The notes under the pieces were generated by a model. The model was not told the origin of the DNA. It ran no database searches and saw nothing but the letters and a program-made list of their open reading frames with translations. Below are positions 8,506 to 18,937 of a stretch of 64,000 nt of DNA, piece after piece. Source of the stretch: Rhodothermales bacterium (GTDB taxonomy: Bacteria; Bacteroidota; Rhodothermia; Rhodothermales; UBA10348); NCBI GenBank assembly GCA_024711125.1, contig JANJTM010000031.1:34059-98058 (forward strand), given 5' to 3'. The stretch's first letter is position 1. Each line of letters opens with the position of its first letter. The translations under genes and the position numbers were made by a program.

Positions 8506-9525
8506 TCATCCACCGATGAGAATCATCGGACGCTCCGTATTCCGCGCGATCAGGTCCATGCCGTCATGGGAGGCCTTCTTTCGGGCGAGACCCTCGCGGA
8601 TGCGGTCCAGGACGGCCTCGTCATCCGAACCTTCGCGCAGCGCATCACGAAGCGAGACACCCGCCGACGCGAAGAGGCACGTCATCAGGCGGCCGTCGGC
8701 CGTCACGCGGAGCCTGTTGCAGCCCGAGCAGAAAGCGTCGGTCATCGACGAAATGAAACCCACCGTACCGGGGGCACCGGGTACGCGCCACTCGTGGCTC
8801 GTCGAGTGGGGCCCGTCGTCGAGTTTCTCGAGGTCCGGGAACGCGGAGCGGACCCGCTCGAGCAGTTCGGCCTGGGGAACCAGCGCGTCGCGATTCCAGC
8901 CGTTGCCCTCGAACGGCATGTACTCGATGAACCGGACGGACACGGGTTCGCGGGTCGACCACCGCACGAAATCGAGGATCTCGTCGTCGTTCACCCCGCG
9001 CATCACGACGGCGTTGACCTTCAGCGGACGGTAGCCGGCAGTGATGGAGGCCCGGATGGCAGACAGCACCGTGTCGAGTCCGGGGCGGCGGGTCATGTCA
9101 CGGAAGCGATCGGCCCGTAGCGTGTCCAGGCTGACGTTGATCTCGGTCAACATGCCCGCTTTGAGGCGCGGGAGCAGGGGTTCGAGCAGCAACCCGTTCG
9201 TCGTAAGCGCCAGGCGCCGGAGGCCGGGCAGGGCGCCGAGCGCTTCGACCAGTTCCTCGACGTCCTTGCGTACCAGCGGTTCGCCGCCCGTGAGGCGGAT
9301 CTTGCGCACGCCGGCAGAGACGAAAAGCCCGGCCAGCCGCACGATCTCCTCGTAGGTCAGCAGTTCGGCCCTGGGCCTCAGGGCGACGCCCTCGGCGGGC
9401 ATGCAGTAGACGCACCGCAGGTTGCATCGCTCCGTGAGGGAGACCCGCAGGTAGTCGTGCACGCGCCCGAACGCATCGACGAGCGGCGGTCGTCGCGGAT
9501 GAGGATCGGGTGGAGCGGCGGGCAT
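8506..9525 (-). CDS. moaA: GTP 3',8-cyclase MoaA (radical SAM)
   Basis: YLRVSLTERCNLRCVYCMP radical-SAM motif, GVRKIRLTGGEPL, and a C-terminal Cys cluster CSGCNRLRVTADG. Confidence 0.9.
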   Translation of the reverse strand: MPAAPPDPHPRRPPLVDAFGRVHDYLRVSLTERCNLRCVYCMPAEGVALRPRAELLTYEEIVRLAGLFVSAGVRKIRLTGGEPLVRKDVEELVEALGALPGLRRLALTTNGLLLEPLLPRLKAGMLTEINVSLDTLRADRFRDMTRRPGLDTVLSAIRASITAGYRPLKVNAVVMRGVNDDEILDFVRWSTREPVSVRFIEYMPFEGNGWNRDALVPQAELLERVRSAFPDLEKLDDGPHSTSHEWRVPGAPGTVGFISSMTDAFCSGCNRLRVTADGRLMTCLFASAGVSLRDALREGSDDEAVLDRIREGLARKKASHDGMDLIARNTERPMILIGG

Positions 9526-9567
9526 GGCGCGCGGGGATCGTCGGACCGTGGATCCGGGAAGCGGGTC

Positions 9568-11217
9568 TCACTCGACCCGGTAGACCGGAACTCCTCCCAA
9601 CCACGTCGACAGCACCCGGGTTTCGAGGATCGCCGGCGGGGCGACCGTCATCACGTCGCTCGACAGCACCACGAAGTCAGCCCACTTGCCGGGAGAGAGG
9701 GAACCGAGGTCGTTCTCCTGGAAAGCGGCCCACGCCGCGTCGATCGTGAAACCGCGCAGGGCCTCCTCCCGGGTCAGGACCTGGTCCGCGTACCAGCCGC
9801 CCTCGGGCCAGTGCCGGGAATCCTGCCGGGTCACGGCCGAGTGGAGCCCCAGCAGCGGATCCACCCTTTCCACCGGGAAGTCGCTCCCGAGGGCCAGGCG
9901 CACGCCCGAGTCGAGCAGGGTTCGCCAGGCATACGCCCCGCGTACGCGTCCCCGTCCCAGCCGGTCTTCCGCCCAGTACATGTCGCTCGTGGCGTGCGTA
10001 GGCTGGACCGAGGCCACGATGCCCAGTGCGGCCATCCGGGCGAAATCGGAGGCATCGAGCACCTGGGTATGTTCGTTGCGGTGGCGACCGTCGGGCCGGA
10101 CGCCCACGGCCTCGTAGACGTCGATCAGCACCCGGTTCGCACTGTCTCCGATGGCGTGCGTATTGACCTGGTAGCCGCAGTCCACGGCGCGGCGCACGAG
10201 ATCCTCGAACTCGGGAGGACCCGTGCGCAGCAACCCCCGGTTGCCCGGGTCGTCGCTGTAGTCCCGGAGCAGGGCTGCGCCCCGGCTGCCGAGCGCGCCA
10301 TCAAGGTAGAGTTTGACCGAGCGCACGGTCAGGACGTCCCGGTAGCCCAGGAGCGGAGCCCCGCAGTAGGCGTCGAACGAAGGTCCCGGCTCGGTCATCG
10401 CATAGAGTCGCAGGGAAAGCCGTCCCTCGTCGGCGAACCGGCGAAAGCGGTCGATGTCCTCGAGCGAGGACCCGGCCTCATGCACGCCCGTCAGGCCGAA
10501 CCTCGCGGCTTCGGCCAGCGCAGACGCGAAGGCCTGGTCGGCGAGTTCGGCGGGAACGGGTGGGACGTGCGCCGATACGAGGGCTTCGGCGTCGTCGATG
10601 AAGACGCCGGTGGGCTCACCCGACGCGTCGCGGAGGATCTTTCCGCCCGGAGGGTCGGTCGCCTCCCGGATCGCTTCCTCGCCTGCCGCCCGGATCGCCG
10701 CCGAATTTGCCCACATGGCGTGCCCGTCGATGCGCTCGAGCCAGACCGGGGTGTCCGGGAACGCGGCGTCCAGGTCTGCGCGGGTCGGGAATTCCCGGTC
10801 GGGCCAGTCGTTCTGGTCCCATCCGCGCCCGAGGATCCATGCGCCGTCGGGCAGCGTCGCGGCGTGCCGACGTAGGCGTTCGATGATCTCGGCAACCGAG
10901 CCCGTACCGACGAGATCGGCCGAGAGGTGCATCTGCGCAAGGTTGCGCAGGTGGGCGTGCGCGTCGATGAGACCGGGAATCACGGCGTGTCCGCCGAGGT
11001 CCTCGCGGCGGGCGGCCGGGTAGGCGGCCAGGATCGAATCGACGTCCCCGACGGCGAGGATCCGTCCGGCGCTCACCGCCATGGCTTCGACCGTCGGACG
11101 GGACGGGTCCACCGTGTGGATCGTCGCGTTGTGGAATACCACGGTTTCGACGACCGGGTCGGCCGGTCGTCCGCATGCCGCGGACACGAGGAGAAGGAGT
11201 GAGGTGAGCTTCTTCAT
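9568..11217 (-). CDS. Amidohydrolase-3 (YtcJ-like) metal-dependent hydrolase, lipoprotein/secreted
   Basis: [16 protein letters not shown] signal, [12 protein letters not shown] metal-binding motif, and HAIGD and GSDFPVE motifs. The start was chosen at the signal peptide inside the 730-aa ORF. Confidence 0.8.
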   Translation of the reverse strand: MKKLTSLLLLVSAACGRPADPVVETVVFHNATIHTVDPSRPTVEAMAVSAGRILAVGDVDSILAAYPAARREDLGGHAVIPGLIDAHAHLRNLAQMHLSADLVGTGSVAEIIERLRRHAATLPDGAWILGRGWDQNDWPDREFPTRADLDAAFPDTPVWLERIDGHAMWANSAAIRAAGEEAIREATDPPGGKILRDASGEPTGVFIDDAEALVSAHVPPVPAELADQAFASALAEAARFGLTGVHEAGSSLEDIDRFRRFADEGRLSLRLYAMTEPGPSFDAYCGAPLLGYRDVLTVRSVKLYLDGALGSRGAALLRDYSDDPGNRGLLRTGPPEFEDLVRRAVDCGYQVNTHAIGDSANRVLIDVYEAVGVRPDGRHRNEHTQVLDASDFARMAALGIVASVQPTHATSDMYWAEDRLGRGRVRGAYAWRTLLDSGVRLALGSDFPVERVDPLLGLHSAVTRQDSRHWPEGGWYADQVLTREEALRGFTIDAAWAAFQENDLGSLSPGKWADFVVLSSDVMTVAPPAILETRVLSTWLGGVPVYRVE

Positions 11218-11672
11218 GAGGCAGTGTCGTTTCGGCGTTCGACCCAGAGCGTCACCGGGCCGTCGTTGACGAGGGAGACGTCCATCATCGCTCCGAAGAC
11301 CCCGTTGCCGACGGGACGTCCCAAGAGCGTCGAGAGCACAGACGAAAAGCGTTCGTACAGCGGCTCGGCCAGCTCCGGGCGGGCCGAGTCCACGAAGGAG
11401 GGCCTGTTGCCCTTTCGCGAATCCCCGTACAGCGTGAACTGGGAGACGACCAGCGCTTCGCCCCCGCATTCCTGGAGCGACCGGTTCATCAGGCCTTCGT
11501 CGTCCCGGAAGATGCGGAGCTGGGACACCTTTCGCGCCAGCCCGTCGGCTTCGGCCGCCGTGTCGGTGCGGTGCACGCCCAGCAGGATCAGAAGGCCGGG
11601 CCCGATTTCGGACACGGTGCGGCCGTTCACCGAGACCGAGGCGCGGGAGACCCGCTGCACCAGGGCTACCAT
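11214..11672 (-). CDS. dtd: D-aminoacyl-tRNA deacylase
   Basis: [15 protein letters not shown]...[10 protein letters not shown]...[17 protein letters not shown]...VNDGPVT is a canonical Dtd. Confidence 0.9.
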   Translation of the reverse strand: MVALVQRVSRASVSVNGRTVSEIGPGLLILLGVHRTDTAAEADGLARKVSQLRIFRDDEGLMNRSLQECGGEALVVSQFTLYGDSRKGNRPSFVDSARPELAEPLYERFSSVLSTLLGRPVGNGVFGAMMDVSLVNDGPVTLWVERRNDTAS

Positions 11673-12283
11673 GCGCTCGGTCCCTCCGGCGGGAACAACC
11701 ACGCGGCGAACGCCGCGAGCGCCCGGCCCCGGTGGCTGATGGCGTTCTTCTCGCGGGCATCCAGCTCGGCGAAAGAACGTTCGAACCCGAGCGGGCGGAA
11801 GAGCGCGTCGTAGCCGAACCCGCCGCTTCCGCGCTCCGATTCGAGGATCACGCCTTCGCAGGCCCCCTCGAACGTGCGGCGCCGGGTGCCGTCCACGAAG
11901 GCGATGACGCAGCGGAAGCGGGCGGTCCGCTCGGTGCGGCCCGCCAACTCCTCGAGCAGGAGCCGCCGGTTGGCGACCGGATCGGCGGCCTCGCCGGCGT
12001 ACCGGGCCGAGCGCACGCCCGGTCTTCCGCCCAGCGCGTCGACCTCGAGGCCCGTGTCGTCGGCGATCGTGGCCAGCCCGGTAAGCGCGTGAAGGGCGTC
12101 GGCCTTGAGCAGGGCGTTGCCCTCGAGCGTCGGCTCGTGCTCCTCCACGTCCGGCGCCCCGGGCACGTCGTCCACCGACAGCACGGTCACGGGATGCCCG
12201 GCCAGGATCTGGCGGATCTCGGCCAGCTTGCCGGCGTTGCGCGTGGCGACGAGCAGGCGGAAGGGGGCTGGGTGCGGGTCCAT
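11666..12283 (-). CDS. rdgB: dITP/XTP pyrophosphatase (RdgB/HAM1); an alternative start lies at 12319
   Basis: [51 protein letters not shown] and GFGYDALF. Confidence 0.85.
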   Translation of the reverse strand: MDPHPAPFRLLVATRNAGKLAEIRQILAGHPVTVLSVDDVPGAPDVEEHEPTLEGNALLKADALHALTGLATIADDTGLEVDALGGRPGVRSARYAGEAADPVANRRLLLEELAGRTERTARFRCVIAFVDGTRRRTFEGACEGVILESERGSGGFGYDALFRPLGFERSFAELDAREKNAISHRGRALAAFAAWLFPPEGPSAW

Positions 12284-12337
12284 GGACCCGAAGCTATCGA
12301 ATCCGGGGTTCGCGGACAACGCTCGTTCTCGAGATGG

Positions 12338-12366
12338 TTGCCATCGCGAACGTGGCGCCGTATATT
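12338..12366 (+). promoter_or_regulatory. Putative sigma70-type promoter of rpsU
   Basis: TTGCCA (12338-12343), a 17-nt spacer, then TATATT (12361-12366), about 40 nt upstream of the GTG start. AGGAA lies 7 nt before the start. Confidence 0.4.
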
Positions 12367-12404
12367 TCAGGGCTTGACTATAACCAGTCCTTCAGGAACA
12401 GCCC

Positions 12405-12599
12405 GTGCCCGTAGGTATCAAGGTCCGCGACAACGAGTCGATCGACCGCGCGCTTCGCCGCTTCAAGCGCGCCGTCAACAGAAGCCGCGTGCTTCGCATC
12501 TTCCGCGCGAACATGGCTTTCACGAAGCCGAGCGAAGAGCGCCGTCTTGCCCGCGAGAAGGCCGCCCGCAACGCCCGGAAGCGTAGCCGGTACTATTGA
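12405..12599 (+). CDS. rpsU: 30S ribosomal protein S21
   Basis: PVGIKVRDNESIDRALRRFKRAVNRS...KPSEERRLAREKAARNARKR; GTG start. Confidence 0.9.
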   Translation: MPVGIKVRDNESIDRALRRFKRAVNRSRVLRIFRANMAFTKPSEERRLAREKAARNARKRSRYY

Positions 12600-12638
12600 G
12601 AGCGGATCGACCGGTAGCCATCCGGTCGCCACGAATGG

Positions 12639-12676
12639 AAAGGGGTGACGCCGCCGGCGCCACCCCTTTGTCGTTT
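12639..12676 (+). terminator. Intrinsic terminator after rpsU
   Basis: AAAGGGGTG (12639-12647) pairs with CACCCCTTT (12661-12669) and is followed by GTCGTTT. Confidence 0.5.
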
Positions 12677-12694
12677 GGTGCGGAAGCATCCCTG

Positions 12695-12725
12695 CGGTGG
12701 GCGGGGCGCGAAGCCCCGCCCACCG
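12695..12725. terminator. 13-bp perfect GC hairpin between the convergent rpsU and sucA genes
   Basis: CGGTGGGCGGGGC, loop GCGAA, GCCCCGCCCACCG, 8 nt from the sucA stop codon. Confidence 0.5.
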
Positions 12726-12732
12726 TGTCCGC

Positions 12733-15700
12733 TCACACCACGGCCGCCGCGATGAGGGTCTCCTGCTCCGCCTGGTGTACGTGCTGGCTGCCGGAAGCGG
12801 GACTGGCCGAGGCGGGACGCCCGGCGTAGCGGGCCCGGTGACGGCAATCGCCGCGCAGGTCCTCGAGCACATCGTCGAGCCGCTGGCGCACGTAGGACCA
12901 GGCACCCATGTTGGCCGGCTCCTCCTGCATCCAGACCACCTCGACCGACGCGGGCATGCGGGCGATCTCGGCGCGAACCGCGTCGGCCGGGAACGGATAC
13001 AGCTGCTCGATCCGCGTGAGGGCCACCTTTCCGGTGCGGCCGGGAAGCGCGTTCCTGGCGTGCAACGCCTCGTAGTAGACCTTTCCGCTGCAGAAGACCA
13101 GGCGTTCGACCCCCGCCGGGTCCACCGTGGCGTCGGGCAGGATCTCCCGGAAGGAACCCTCGGTGAAGTCCTCGGGCGCCGACACGGCATCCGGATGCCG
13201 GAGCAGGGACTTCGGTGCCATCACGACGAGCGGCTTGCGCAACGCGCCGTGCACCTGGCGCCGCAGCGCGTGGAAGTAGTTCGCCGGCGTCGACAGGTTC
13301 GCCACGATCATGTTGTTCTCGGCACAGAGCTGGAGGAAGCGCTCCAGGCGTGCCGACGAGTGCTCGGGGCCCTGGCCCTCGAAGCCGTGCGGGAGCAGCA
13401 GGACAAGGTTGGAGGTCTGTCCCCACTTCTCCTCGGCCGCCGACAGGAACTGGTCGTAGACGATCTGGGCACCGTTCGAGAAGTCGCCGAACTGGGCCTC
13501 CCAGATGACCAGCGCGTTGTCGACGGCGACCGAGTACCCGTACTCGAAACCGCAGGCCGCGTACTCCGACAGGAAACTGTCGTAGATCCAGAGGTGAGCC
13601 TGGCCGTCACCGATGTGATTCAGGGGCGTATAGCCGGCCCCGGTCTCCTGGTCGTAGACGACGGCGTGCCGGTGGCTGAACGTGCCGCGGCGGGAGTCCT
13701 GGCCGGATATGCGCACGCGTTTGCCTTCCTGCAGCAGCGTGCCGAAAGCGAGGGCCTCGGCGAATCCCCAGTCGATGCGCCGGTCCTCGTGCCAGGTCCG
13801 CGTGCGACGCTCGAACTGGCGGAGGAGCTTCCGGTGCACGGCGAAATCGGACGGGAAGGTCGACAGGGCGCGCAGCACGGGTTCCACGGCCTCGGGGCTG
13901 ACGCGCGTCTCGACTGCAGGGATGCCCTCGGGCTTCGGCCGGCGGGTCGGAATGCTGCCGGCGGGCGCCGCCTCGCCGGACAGCTCGCGCGTCCGGTCGA
14001 AGGCCTCCTGCAGCCGTCCGCGGAAATCCTCGAGGATGGTCTCGGCCTCCTCCGGAGTGACATCTCCGCGCCGGAGGAGCAGTTCGGTGTACAGCTTGCG
14101 CACCGAACGCTTGGCTTCGATCCGCTTGTAGAGCAGCGGCTGGGTATAGGTCGGCTCGTCCCCCTCGTTGTGCCCGCGCACCCGGTAACAGAGGAGGTCG
14201 ATGACCACGTCCTTGTTGAACTCCTGCCGGTAGGCGAACGCGAGGCGCGCCACGCGCACGCAGGCGTCCGGGTCGTCTCCGTTGACGTGGAAGATCGGCG
14301 CCTGGATCATGCGCGCCACGTCGGTGGCGTACTGCGACGACCGGGCTTCGTCGGGGCTGGTCGTGAAGCCGATCTGGTTGTTCACGATCAGGTGGATCGT
14401 TCCGCCTACCCGGTAGCCCGGCAGCTGGCTGAGGTTCAGGGTCTCGGCCACGACACCCTGGCCGGCGAACGCCGCGTCACCGTGCACCAGGATCGGGACC
14501 ACCGTGTCGTGCCAGTCTCCGTCCGGCGCGACCAGGCCCTGTTCGCGCAGCGACTCCTGGCGTGCCCGCACCATGCCCTCGACGACCGGGTTGACGGCTT
14601 CGAGATGGCTCGGGTTGGAGGCCATCATGAGTCGGACCCGCCTGCCGTCCGGCGAGACATGCTCTCCCTTCGCGCCGAGGTGGTACTTGACGTCGCCCGA
14701 GCCCTGGTAGGACGTCGGGTCGATGTTTCCCTCGAACTCCGAAAAGATGACCTCGTAGGGCTTGTTCAGGATGTTCGCGAGCACGTTGAGTCGCCCGCGG
14801 TGCGCCATTCCGATCACGACCTCGTCCACGCCGCGCTCGGCCGCGTCGGTCAGGATCATGTCGAGCACCGGGATCATGGTCTCGGCGCCCTCGAGCGAGA
14901 ATCGCTTGTGCCCGATATACTTGGTATGGAGGAAGTTCTCGAACGCCTCGGCCGCGTTCAGCTTCTCGAGCATGCGTCGGCGCGCCGCCTCGGACAGGCC
15001 CTCCGCGCCCGCGTTCGGCTCGATGTGGGAGACGATCCACTCCTTCTCGCCCGGATCCGAGATGTGCATGAACTCCACGCCCACCTTGCGGGTGTAGGTT
15101 CTGCGCAGGATCTCCAGGATCTCGCGGAGCGGAAGCAGGCCGTGCGGCCCGAAGTCCCCGGTGACGAACTTGCGGTCGAGGTCCCAGATCGTCAGGCCGT
15201 ACTTCGCCGGATCCAGTTCGGGGTGGTAGCTCCAGTCGTAGCCGAGCGGGTTGACGTCGGCCTGGAGGTGTCCCCGCACGCGGAAGGCACGGATGAGCTG
15301 CAGCACCTGGGCCTGCTTCTCGATCATCTCGAGACCGCTCTCGCCAGAGACGCCCGACGGGGTCGAGTCGGACTGCAGCACGTACGGCGGGTACGGGATG
15401 CCGAGATCGGCGAACACCTCCTCGTAGAAGCCGTGTCGACCGAGGAGCAGTTCCTCCACGTGCTGGAGGAACGCGCCGCTCTCGGCGCCCTGGATCACGC
15501 GGTGATCGTACGTCGACGTGATCGTCATGACCTGCGAGATGCCGGTCCGGGCGATCATTTCGGGCGGAAACGCGAAGTACTCGGTCGGGTAGCCGATCGA
15601 ACCGACCCCCACGATCACACCCTGTCCCGGCATCAGTCGGGGGACCGAGAGGTCGGTCCCGATCATGCCGGGGTTGGTGATCGAGGCGTTCGTGCCCTCG

Positions 15701-16410
15701 AAGTCCGAAACCTCCAGCCGGTTCTCTCGGGCGCGGCGCACGATGTCGTTGTAGATGCCGAGGAACTGCACGAACCGCATGCGGTCGGCGTGCTTGACGT
15801 TCGGCACCAGCAGCGTGCGTTTGCCCTTGCGCTCCACGTCGATGGCCAGGCCGAGGTTGACCCCGTCCGGGATCACGTGCTGGGGCGTGGTGCCCTCGAC
15901 GCGGTAGGTCGTGATCATGTTCGGGAACGCCTTGAGGCCCCGAACGATGGCCCACGCCACGAGATGGGTGAAGGAAACCTTGTCTCCGCCCGTGTCCTTC
16001 TGGAAGTCGTTGATGAGGAGGCGGTTCTCGGCCATGAGCTTGACCGGGACCGTGCGTACCGACGTGGCGGTCGGCACGGCGAGGCTCGCCTCCATGTTCT
16101 CGACGATGCGCGCTGCGGGACCGCGGATCGGGCGGACCTCGGCGCCGGCCGGAATCGGCGGCTGCGGCCGGTCGACCGGTGGCGGCGGGGCGCCGTCGCC
16201 CTCGGTCCCCGGCGCGACCACGGCGGGCGGGGGAGCGGCCGGGTGGACCGCGGTCGGAACGGGACGCGCCTCGGCCGCCGCGAGGAATGCGGCGTCTGGC
16301 TTGAAGTCGGCGAAGAACTCGCGCCAGGTCGCGCTGACGCTATCCGGGTTCTCGAGGTACTGCCGGTAAAGCTCCTCGATGAACCCGGTATTGAAACCGG
16401 GGTGGTTCAC
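12733..16410 (-). CDS. sucA: 2-oxoglutarate dehydrogenase E1 of the long Kgd/OdhA type, with an N-terminal E2-like acyltransferase domain
   Basis: 1225 aa. The N-terminus is FIEELYRQYLENPDSVSATWREFF. It is followed by an E2-catalytic-like block (SFTHLVAWAIVRGL...NPGMIGT...) and then the E1 TPP region (HGDAAFAGQGVV, MAHRGRLNVL). Confidence 0.9.
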   Translation of the reverse strand: MNHPGFNTGFIEELYRQYLENPDSVSATWREFFADFKPDAAFLAAAEARPVPTAVHPAAPPPAVVAPGTEGDGAPPPPVDRPQPPIPAGAEVRPIRGPAARIVENMEASLAVPTATSVRTVPVKLMAENRLLINDFQKDTGGDKVSFTHLVAWAIVRGLKAFPNMITTYRVEGTTPQHVIPDGVNLGLAIDVERKGKRTLLVPNVKHADRMRFVQFLGIYNDIVRRARENRLEVSDFEGTNASITNPGMIGTDLSVPRLMPGQGVIVGVGSIGYPTEYFAFPPEMIARTGISQVMTITSTYDHRVIQGAESGAFLQHVEELLLGRHGFYEEVFADLGIPYPPYVLQSDSTPSGVSGESGLEMIEKQAQVLQLIRAFRVRGHLQADVNPLGYDWSYHPELDPAKYGLTIWDLDRKFVTGDFGPHGLLPLREILEILRRTYTRKVGVEFMHISDPGEKEWIVSHIEPNAGAEGLSEAARRRMLEKLNAAEAFENFLHTKYIGHKRFSLEGAETMIPVLDMILTDAAERGVDEVVIGMAHRGRLNVLANILNKPYEVIFSEFEGNIDPTSYQGSGDVKYHLGAKGEHVSPDGRRVRLMMASNPSHLEAVNPVVEGMVRARQESLREQGLVAPDGDWHDTVVPILVHGDAAFAGQGVVAETLNLSQLPGYRVGGTIHLIVNNQIGFTTSPDEARSSQYATDVARMIQAPIFHVNGDDPDACVRVARLAFAYRQEFNKDVVIDLLCYRVRGHNEGDEPTYTQPLLYKRIEAKRSVRKLYTELLLRRGDVTPEEAETILEDFRGRLQEAFDRTRELSGEAAPAGSIPTRRPKPEGIPAVETRVSPEAVEPVLRALSTFPSDFAVHRKLLRQFERRTRTWHEDRRIDWGFAEALAFGTLLQEGKRVRISGQDSRRGTFSHRHAVVYDQETGAGYTPLNHIGDGQAHLWIYDSFLSEYAACGFEYGYSVAVDNALVIWEAQFGDFSNGAQIVYDQFLSAAEEKWGQTSNLVLLLPHGFEGQGPEHSSARLERFLQLCAENNMIVANLSTPANYFHALRRQVHGALRKPLVVMAPKSLLRHPDAVSAPEDFTEGSFREILPDATVDPAGVERLVFCSGKVYYEALHARNALPGRTGKVALTRIEQLYPFPADAVRAEIARMPASVEVVWMQEEPANMGAWSYVRQRLDDVLEDLRGDCRHRARYAGRPASASPASGSQHVHQAEQETLIAAAVV

Positions 16411-16523
16411 GGGTGACGGGTCCGGATGGACGTAGAAAGGCGGATGTGAACGTAAGGCAGTGCGCCCTGGTTCTTCGTCGGTCGGATCCGAAGGGCGTTA
16501 CGCGGCCTTTCGGCGCGGGCCGA

Positions 16524-17498
16524 TCAGATCCAGCCGCGGGAGCGGTACCACGCGATAGTGTCTGCCACCCCCTGCTCCAGGGGCGTCGAGGGGCGATAAG
16601 CGAGGTCGCGCCCTGCCGCGGCCGATGAACACATGGTGCAGGTGAACCGGATTTCCCGGGCCTTCTCGCGATTGAGCGGAGGATACCGGCCGAAGAGGCC
16701 CCCCGCGAATTCCGTCACGGCCCCGAGGGGTTGGACCAGCGCCGGCGGAATCGGCAGGGTCAGAACCCGCCGGCCGAGGGCGGCCGCCGCCGCGTCCCGG
16801 ATCTCGTGCCACGTATACTGCCGCTCCCCGCCGAGGAAGTACGTGCGCGAAACCGCATTCGGGTTCACGGCGGCGTCTGCCATGCCTTCGACCAGGTCAC
16901 TCACGTGCACCAGGCTCAGGGCGGGCACGTCGCCCCTTCCCACGACCGGGCATACCCCACGGGCGACCGAGCGGAAAAACGTCAGGATGTCGGTCTCGCG
17001 GGGTCCGTAGACCGCAGGCGGGCGCACCACGGTGAGCGGAAGGCGATCGAACCACGGAACGAGCGCGCGCTCCATCTCGGCCTTCGACCGGCCGTACAGG
17101 GAAATCGGGCGCAGGGGAGTCGATTCGTCGGCGACCGGCGTGTCGCTGCGCCCCACCGCGGCCAGGCTGGACGTAACGACCATGCGCGGGGGCGTCGTCC
17201 GTGCCGCGGCCGCTTCCACCAGCCGGACCGTCGCGTCCACATTGGCCGCCCGGTACTCGTCCCACGATCGCGACTTCGTGAGACCCGCAACGTGATGGAT
17301 TTCGTCGGCCCGGGCGACGGATGCGGCCACGCTCGAAGGGTCGTCCAGCGACCCTCGCACGAAGGTCACGGGGAGGCCTTCCAGCCATTTCGCCTCGCTG
17401 CGCACCAGGCAGGTCACCTCGTAACCCCTCGACAGCAGCCTCTCGACGAGATGGCTCCCGACGAAACCGGTTCCACCCGTGACGAACGCGTTCGGCAT
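16524..17498 (-). CDS. NAD-dependent epimerase/dehydratase (extended SDR)
   Basis: AFVTGGTGFVGSHLVERLLSRGYEV Rossmann motif and YGRSK catalytic motif. Confidence 0.8.
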   Translation of the reverse strand: MPNAFVTGGTGFVGSHLVERLLSRGYEVTCLVRSEAKWLEGLPVTFVRGSLDDPSSVAASVARADEIHHVAGLTKSRSWDEYRAANVDATVRLVEAAAARTTPPRMVVTSSLAAVGRSDTPVADESTPLRPISLYGRSKAEMERALVPWFDRLPLTVVRPPAVYGPRETDILTFFRSVARGVCPVVGRGDVPALSLVHVSDLVEGMADAAVNPNAVSRTYFLGGERQYTWHEIRDAAAAALGRRVLTLPIPPALVQPLGAVTEFAGGLFGRYPPLNREKAREIRFTCTMCSSAAAGRDLAYRPSTPLEQGVADTIAWYRSRGWI

Positions 17499-17513
17499 GA
17501 TCGCAGGAGAGCG

Positions 17514-18914
17514 TCAGGCCCGGGCCGTGAGGCGAGCCACGTTCTCGATGTGGAAGGTGTGCGGAAACAGATCGACCGGCTGCATCTCGTCGATCGTGTA
17601 GGCTTCGACGAGCGCCTCGAGATCCCTGGCCTGGGTCAGCGGGTTGCAGCTGACGTATACGAGGCGTTCGGGTCGGAGGGCGGCGATCTGCGCGACGACC
17701 TTCGGGTGCATTCCGGCCCGGGGCGGGTCGACGATGAGCACGTCGGGGCGACCGTGCCGCTCGACGAACGAGCGGTTGAACAGGCGCAGCATGTCGCCCG
17801 TCTCGAACGTCACGTTCTCGACGCCGTTCGCGGCCGCGTTGGCGCGTGCATTCTCGACGGCCTGTTCGATGAGTTCGACGCCCACCACGTGGCGAACGGC
17901 ATCGGCGACGTAGAGCGAAATCGTGCCGGCCCCGCAGTAGAGGTCATACACGAGATCCGTGGGCCGGAACCGGGCAAACTCGCGTGCCACGGAATAGAGA
18001 CGCTCGGCCTGCGTCGTATTGGTCTGGAAGAAGGCGTTGGGTCCGATCTCGAAGAGGTGCCGTCCGATGCGGTCCCTGATGACCCCCGGGCCGAAGATCG
18101 TGTGCAGGCTCTCTCCGAAAGCGGTCTGCGACATTCCCGAGTGTACGCCGTTGATCAGCGTGGTGACCTCGGGAAAGCGCTCCCGCAGGAACGCCGCGAG
18201 CGCGGCCATGCGTTCCTCGTCGAGATAGCTCGTCACGAGGTTCACCATGAGCTCACCCGTATGGCGTGCCTGGCGGATCACGAGGTGGCGCAGGTAGCCC
18301 GAGTGGGTCTTGAGGTTCCAGGCGGGCCAGGATGACCCGCGGGCGAAGTCGCGCACTCCGTTCACGATGCGGGCCGACAGCTCGCTCTGGAGGTGGCACT
18401 CGGCGAGGTCGATCACCTTGTTGAAATGTCCCGGCGCGTGAAGTCCGAGGGCGAAAGAGAGGTCGAACCGTTCTCCCGAGGCGATCTCCGCCTGCGTCAG
18501 CCACCGGTCGGCGCTGAAGGAGAACTCCATCTTGTTGCGGTAGAAGTAGGTTTCCTCGGTTCCCAGGGTAGGGTGCACCGGGATGTCGGCTATGCCGGGA
18601 AACGCGCGGAACGCGTCGCTGACGGTCTGCCGTTTCGCGTCGAGCTGTGCCGAGTATTCGACATGTTGCCACTTGCAGCCTCCGCACGCGCCGAAGTAGG
18701 CGCAGCGCGGCTCGGTGCGCAGCGGGCTGGGTTCCAGGAGGGCGTCCACCCGGCTTTCGCCGAAATTCTTTCGGGCGCGCACGAGGGTGACCCGCATGCG
18801 GTCGCCCGGAACGCCCCCGGGGACGAATACGATATACCCGTCGGCGCGCGCAATCGACATGCCGCGGTCGGCGAATTTCTCTACGGTGACCTCGAGGGTC
18901 GTTCCCTTGTTCAT
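17514..18914 (-). CDS. rlmD: 23S rRNA (uracil-C5)-methyltransferase, RlmD/RumA family
   Basis: N-terminal TRAM domain, CAYFGACGGCKWQH Fe-S cluster, and DLYCGAGTISL, VDPPRAG and YVSCNP motifs. Confidence 0.85.
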   Translation of the reverse strand: MNKGTTLEVTVEKFADRGMSIARADGYIVFVPGGVPGDRMRVTLVRARKNFGESRVDALLEPSPLRTEPRCAYFGACGGCKWQHVEYSAQLDAKRQTVSDAFRAFPGIADIPVHPTLGTEETYFYRNKMEFSFSADRWLTQAEIASGERFDLSFALGLHAPGHFNKVIDLAECHLQSELSARIVNGVRDFARGSSWPAWNLKTHSGYLRHLVIRQARHTGELMVNLVTSYLDEERMAALAAFLRERFPEVTTLINGVHSGMSQTAFGESLHTIFGPGVIRDRIGRHLFEIGPNAFFQTNTTQAERLYSVAREFARFRPTDLVYDLYCGAGTISLYVADAVRHVVGVELIEQAVENARANAAANGVENVTFETGDMLRLFNRSFVERHGRPDVLIVDPPRAGMHPKVVAQIAALRPERLVYVSCNPLTQARDLEALVEAYTIDEMQPVDLFPHTFHIENVARLTARA

Positions 18915-18937
18915 GCCGAGTGGGGTCCTGGGACCCG

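Noticed and set aside
7417-8513. ORFs 7417-8325(+), 7983-8513(-) and the upstream part of 7429-8484(-) as real genes in the moaA-moaC gap.
   Set aside because: They run through the inverted-repeat element and its hairpins and have no motifs. The moaC homology begins only at 7920.
9526-9567. Moco riboswitch upstream of moaA.
   Set aside because: Only 42 nt separate the moaA start from the upstream gene's stop, too short for the ~140-nt Moco RNA motif.
12697-16416. A 1239-aa + strand ORF. Similar giant ORFs occur at 35696-38632(-), 38571-42629(-), 43591-45762(-), 45693-48959(-), 3786-5516(-), 27619-29391(+) and 50480-52345(-).
   Set aside because: Each lies exactly antisense to a gene with clear family motifs (sucA, TBDR, giant protein, CBM protein, GH13, PspA module, phosphorylase, MFS). 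Their translations are Arg/Gly/Pro/Ala-rich low-complexity sequence typical of stop-poor mirror frames in high-GC DNA.
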